DNA of 29,057 nucleotides from Candidatus Iainarchaeum sp. Lineage in GTDB: Archaea > Iainarchaeota > Iainarchaeia > Iainarchaeales > JAZDFD01. Shown here piece by piece: positions 26,921 through 29,057 of this stretch. The translations under genes and the position numbers were made by a program. Below the pieces are notes generated by a model. The model worked only from the letters and a program-made list of their open reading frames with translations, had not been told where the DNA came from and did no database searches. Within the stretch, counting starts at the first letter, position 1. Every line of letters starts with the position of its first letter. The stretch is from the NCBI GenBank assembly GCA_043808155.1, contig JAZDFD010000011.1, forward strand, positions 1-29,057, in the 5' to 3' direction.

Positions 26921-27051
26921 TAAGTCTCACTTTAGATATCACGTTAGATTAAAAAATATAATTAGATTGATTTGGAATATGAACGTTTTTAAAAACCTTT
27001 CCTGAAAAAATGAGGTGATGCTTGCTTTGAAATAATAAGAAAATAATTGCT

Positions 27052-27930
27052 TCACTTTAGTTTTCTGCTTAATTTGAGTTTTCGAATTGTCTCATTATGT
27101 GTTTTGAGATTGCATCTTAAAATTAAATATTTCCATCTTTTTGATTCGGGAATATTTAAATAAATCCACTGCCCAATTCTGAATCCTGTTCTGTAAGCCC
27201 ACTTTGATTCGTAAAAAATAGTGTCAGATCCTTTTTCCATTCTAGGTTTTTTGTTAAAATCTTTTTGTCTTGGAGTTTTTAATTTTAAATTAATTTTAAA
27301 TAATCCCTTTTCCAATCCGTAAAGACATTCAGCAACTGATGCAAAAGGAACATCACTTTTAATTATGCCCTCATGTTGAAGTCCGTGAATTGCCTCATGG
27401 AAGGGAGCACAGACTGCATCTTTATCATTTTGCCAGCCTTTTGCGAAATAAATTTTTCCGTTTGTATCCAGCATCAATGCAGGATAGGTTTCTCCTTTGA
27501 ATTCTTTTAATCTGTAATAAAGTTCTTTTGCCTGCATAAGCATCTGGTCATAATTGTCATTTGTTTTTTCTCTTAAAGCAACATTAACTGAAAGAAGATC
27601 TCCTGTTATTGATTTTTGAATTTTTGATTTGATTGCAGGTCTTTTTTCTTTTGGAACAAAAATTGTTACTGCGTCATTAATTTGTTCATTAATTCCATTA
27701 AGGTCTTTTTTTGGAAGTTTGCCTCCGCTAAGCATTTGTTTCCGGCTGGGCAAATTCTTTTTTGCAGTGCCTCCGTAATGTTTTGCTTCTTTTTCCCAAA
27801 ATTCACAGAGAAATTTCACAACTTTAGAAATGCCCTGCTTTTTGTCAGTGCCCAAGGGGAATTTCCCTTTCTTAATAAAAAATTCAGCGGAGTAAACTCT
27901 TAGAGAGATTTTACTTTTCTTTAGTGTCAT
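27052..27930 (-). CDS. Hypothetical basic protein with HExxH motif, paralog A
   Basis: 292 aa; FHEAIH; colinear similarity to 28104-28988. Confidence 0.8.
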   Translation of the reverse strand: MTLKKSKISLRVYSAEFFIKKGKFPLGTDKKQGISKVVKFLCEFWEKEAKHYGGTAKKNLPSRKQMLSGGKLPKKDLNGINEQINDAVTIFVPKEKRPAIKSKIQKSITGDLLSVNVALREKTNDNYDQMLMQAKELYYRLKEFKGETYPALMLDTNGKIYFAKGWQNDKDAVCAPFHEAIHGLQHEGIIKSDVPFASVAECLYGLEKGLFKINLKLKTPRQKDFNKKPRMEKGSDTIFYESKWAYRTGFRIGQWIYLNIPESKRWKYLILRCNLKTHNETIRKLKLSRKLK

Positions 27931-28103
27931 AGTCTCAGATTAAAATAGTGTAAATTCAAAAAAGCATAGAACAGTTTTTTAATTAGTATCTTAAATTTCT
28001 TCAAAAGACGCATCACTGTTCAAAAAAAACCTCAGAAAAAAGTAGCCTGAACCAAATATTGAAAGCATACTTATTTTAATATCTGAAAAGTACTTGGTAT
28101 TAC

Positions 28104-28988
28104 ATGACACGTAATTCAATGAAAAAACGCAGATCAGTAACAAAAGACAATTATTCGGATGTTCGCGGATTTCTACTGCACAAACGTAATCTAGATAAAA
28201 TTAAATCAAAAAGATTTCAGCTCAGGGTTGAAAAGTTCTTAAGCAATGTCTGGAAAAAATCATATGAAAAGCACCACAAAAAAAAGGGTCTTGAGCTTCC
28301 TACAAAAAAACAAAGAATGTTTGGCTCGTCACTCCCAAAAAAAGATTTGCGCCATATAAAAGAACAGACTCATTTTGCAGTTTCAGTTTTTGCCCAGCAT
28401 CTTTCTAAAACCGAACAAAAAAAACTCTTATTAAAAATTAATCACTTAATCAAAAAAAAGAATTTGAATATTTGCACATTTATTAATTTTTCAAAAAGTC
28501 CCAAAGAGATACAGCGGGAACTTGCCATGCTTTATCATTATTTCAAAAGATATGGCGAGTCATATATTGCGTACATACCAACTAATTCATGCAATATTTA
28601 TTTTTCAAAAGGATGGTCACAAGACAGATGTGCGACAGGAGTTCCTCTTCATGAATCAATACATGTCCTGCATAAATTAGGTGTGATAAAAATTGACATA
28701 CCATTTGCACAGGCAGCTGACAAGTTATATGGTTTGGAAAAAGGTAGTCTCAAAAAAAAGCATCCTTTCAGAAAACTCAATGTAAAAGATTTTGACAGGA
28801 AACCTTCAGTAAAAAAAACAATTAACGGAATCGAATATTACAAAGAACCTTACTGGAGTTATGAAGTCGGGGAAAAGATGGGATACTGGATATTTGAAAA
28901 TCTGTCAGGAAAAAAAAGATGGAAATATCTTGTTCATAGGTGTGATGGGTTAAGTCACAGAGCGACACTAAAAATGATAAAAAAGTAA
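28104..28988 (+). CDS. Hypothetical basic protein with HExxH motif, paralog B
   Basis: 294 aa; LHESIH; colinear similarity to 27052-27930. Confidence 0.8.
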   Translation: MTRNSMKKRRSVTKDNYSDVRGFLLHKRNLDKIKSKRFQLRVEKFLSNVWKKSYEKHHKKKGLELPTKKQRMFGSSLPKKDLRHIKEQTHFAVSVFAQHLSKTEQKKLLLKINHLIKKKNLNICTFINFSKSPKEIQRELAMLYHYFKRYGESYIAYIPTNSCNIYFSKGWSQDRCATGVPLHESIHVLHKLGVIKIDIPFAQAADKLYGLEKGSLKKKHPFRKLNVKDFDRKPSVKKTINGIEYYKEPYWSYEVGEKMGYWIFENLSGKKRWKYLVHRCDGLSHRATLKMIKK

Positions 28989-29057
28989 TTAGACAATGAG
29001 TCCCGCGGATTTTTTTATTAACTGCTTGTACGGGGAGAGGAGGGATAGAACTGAGGC

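Noticed and set aside
29003-29012. Third copy of the element (CCGCGGATTT matches the stem-1 5' arm consensus)
   Set aside because: Only 10 nt match, with no 3' arm, ACATAA or second hairpin; explained adequately as a terminator-like hairpin.

Overview
AT-rich, gene-dense archaeal chromosome segment. HMf-type histone, TFB, rpS8e, Hef, archaeal Cmk/Hsp20/RNase HII, BRE-TATA promoters and GGTGA-type ribosome-binding sites mark it as archaeal. The mix with bacterial-type anabolic genes suggests a DPANN lineage such as Iainarchaeota/Diapherotrites (inference only). Gene content in order: carA (5'-truncated)-carB, ilvE, a nadE-nadC-nadD operon, form III RuBisCO divergent from cmk, a KaiC-like ATPase with a degenerate KaiC-like partner, histone, Hef, a GT-C-like membrane protein, rps8e, tfb, rnhB, hsp20, scpB, an acetyl-CoA synthetase split by a frameshift in an A9 run, a two-subunit class I fumarate hydratase, nptA-phoU, several orphans, and a head-to-head pair of paralogous HExxH proteins. 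No CRISPR array, rRNA, complete tRNA, transposase or integrase was recognised. Most notable signals: (1) a ~60-67 nt two-hairpin intergenic element present twice (921-987, 18760-18818) with compensatory base changes in both stems; (2) several intergenic spacers built from tandem duplications of the last 20-30 nt of the neighbouring gene; (3) the A9 frameshift in acs; (4) the uncharacterised divergent HExxH paralog pair.
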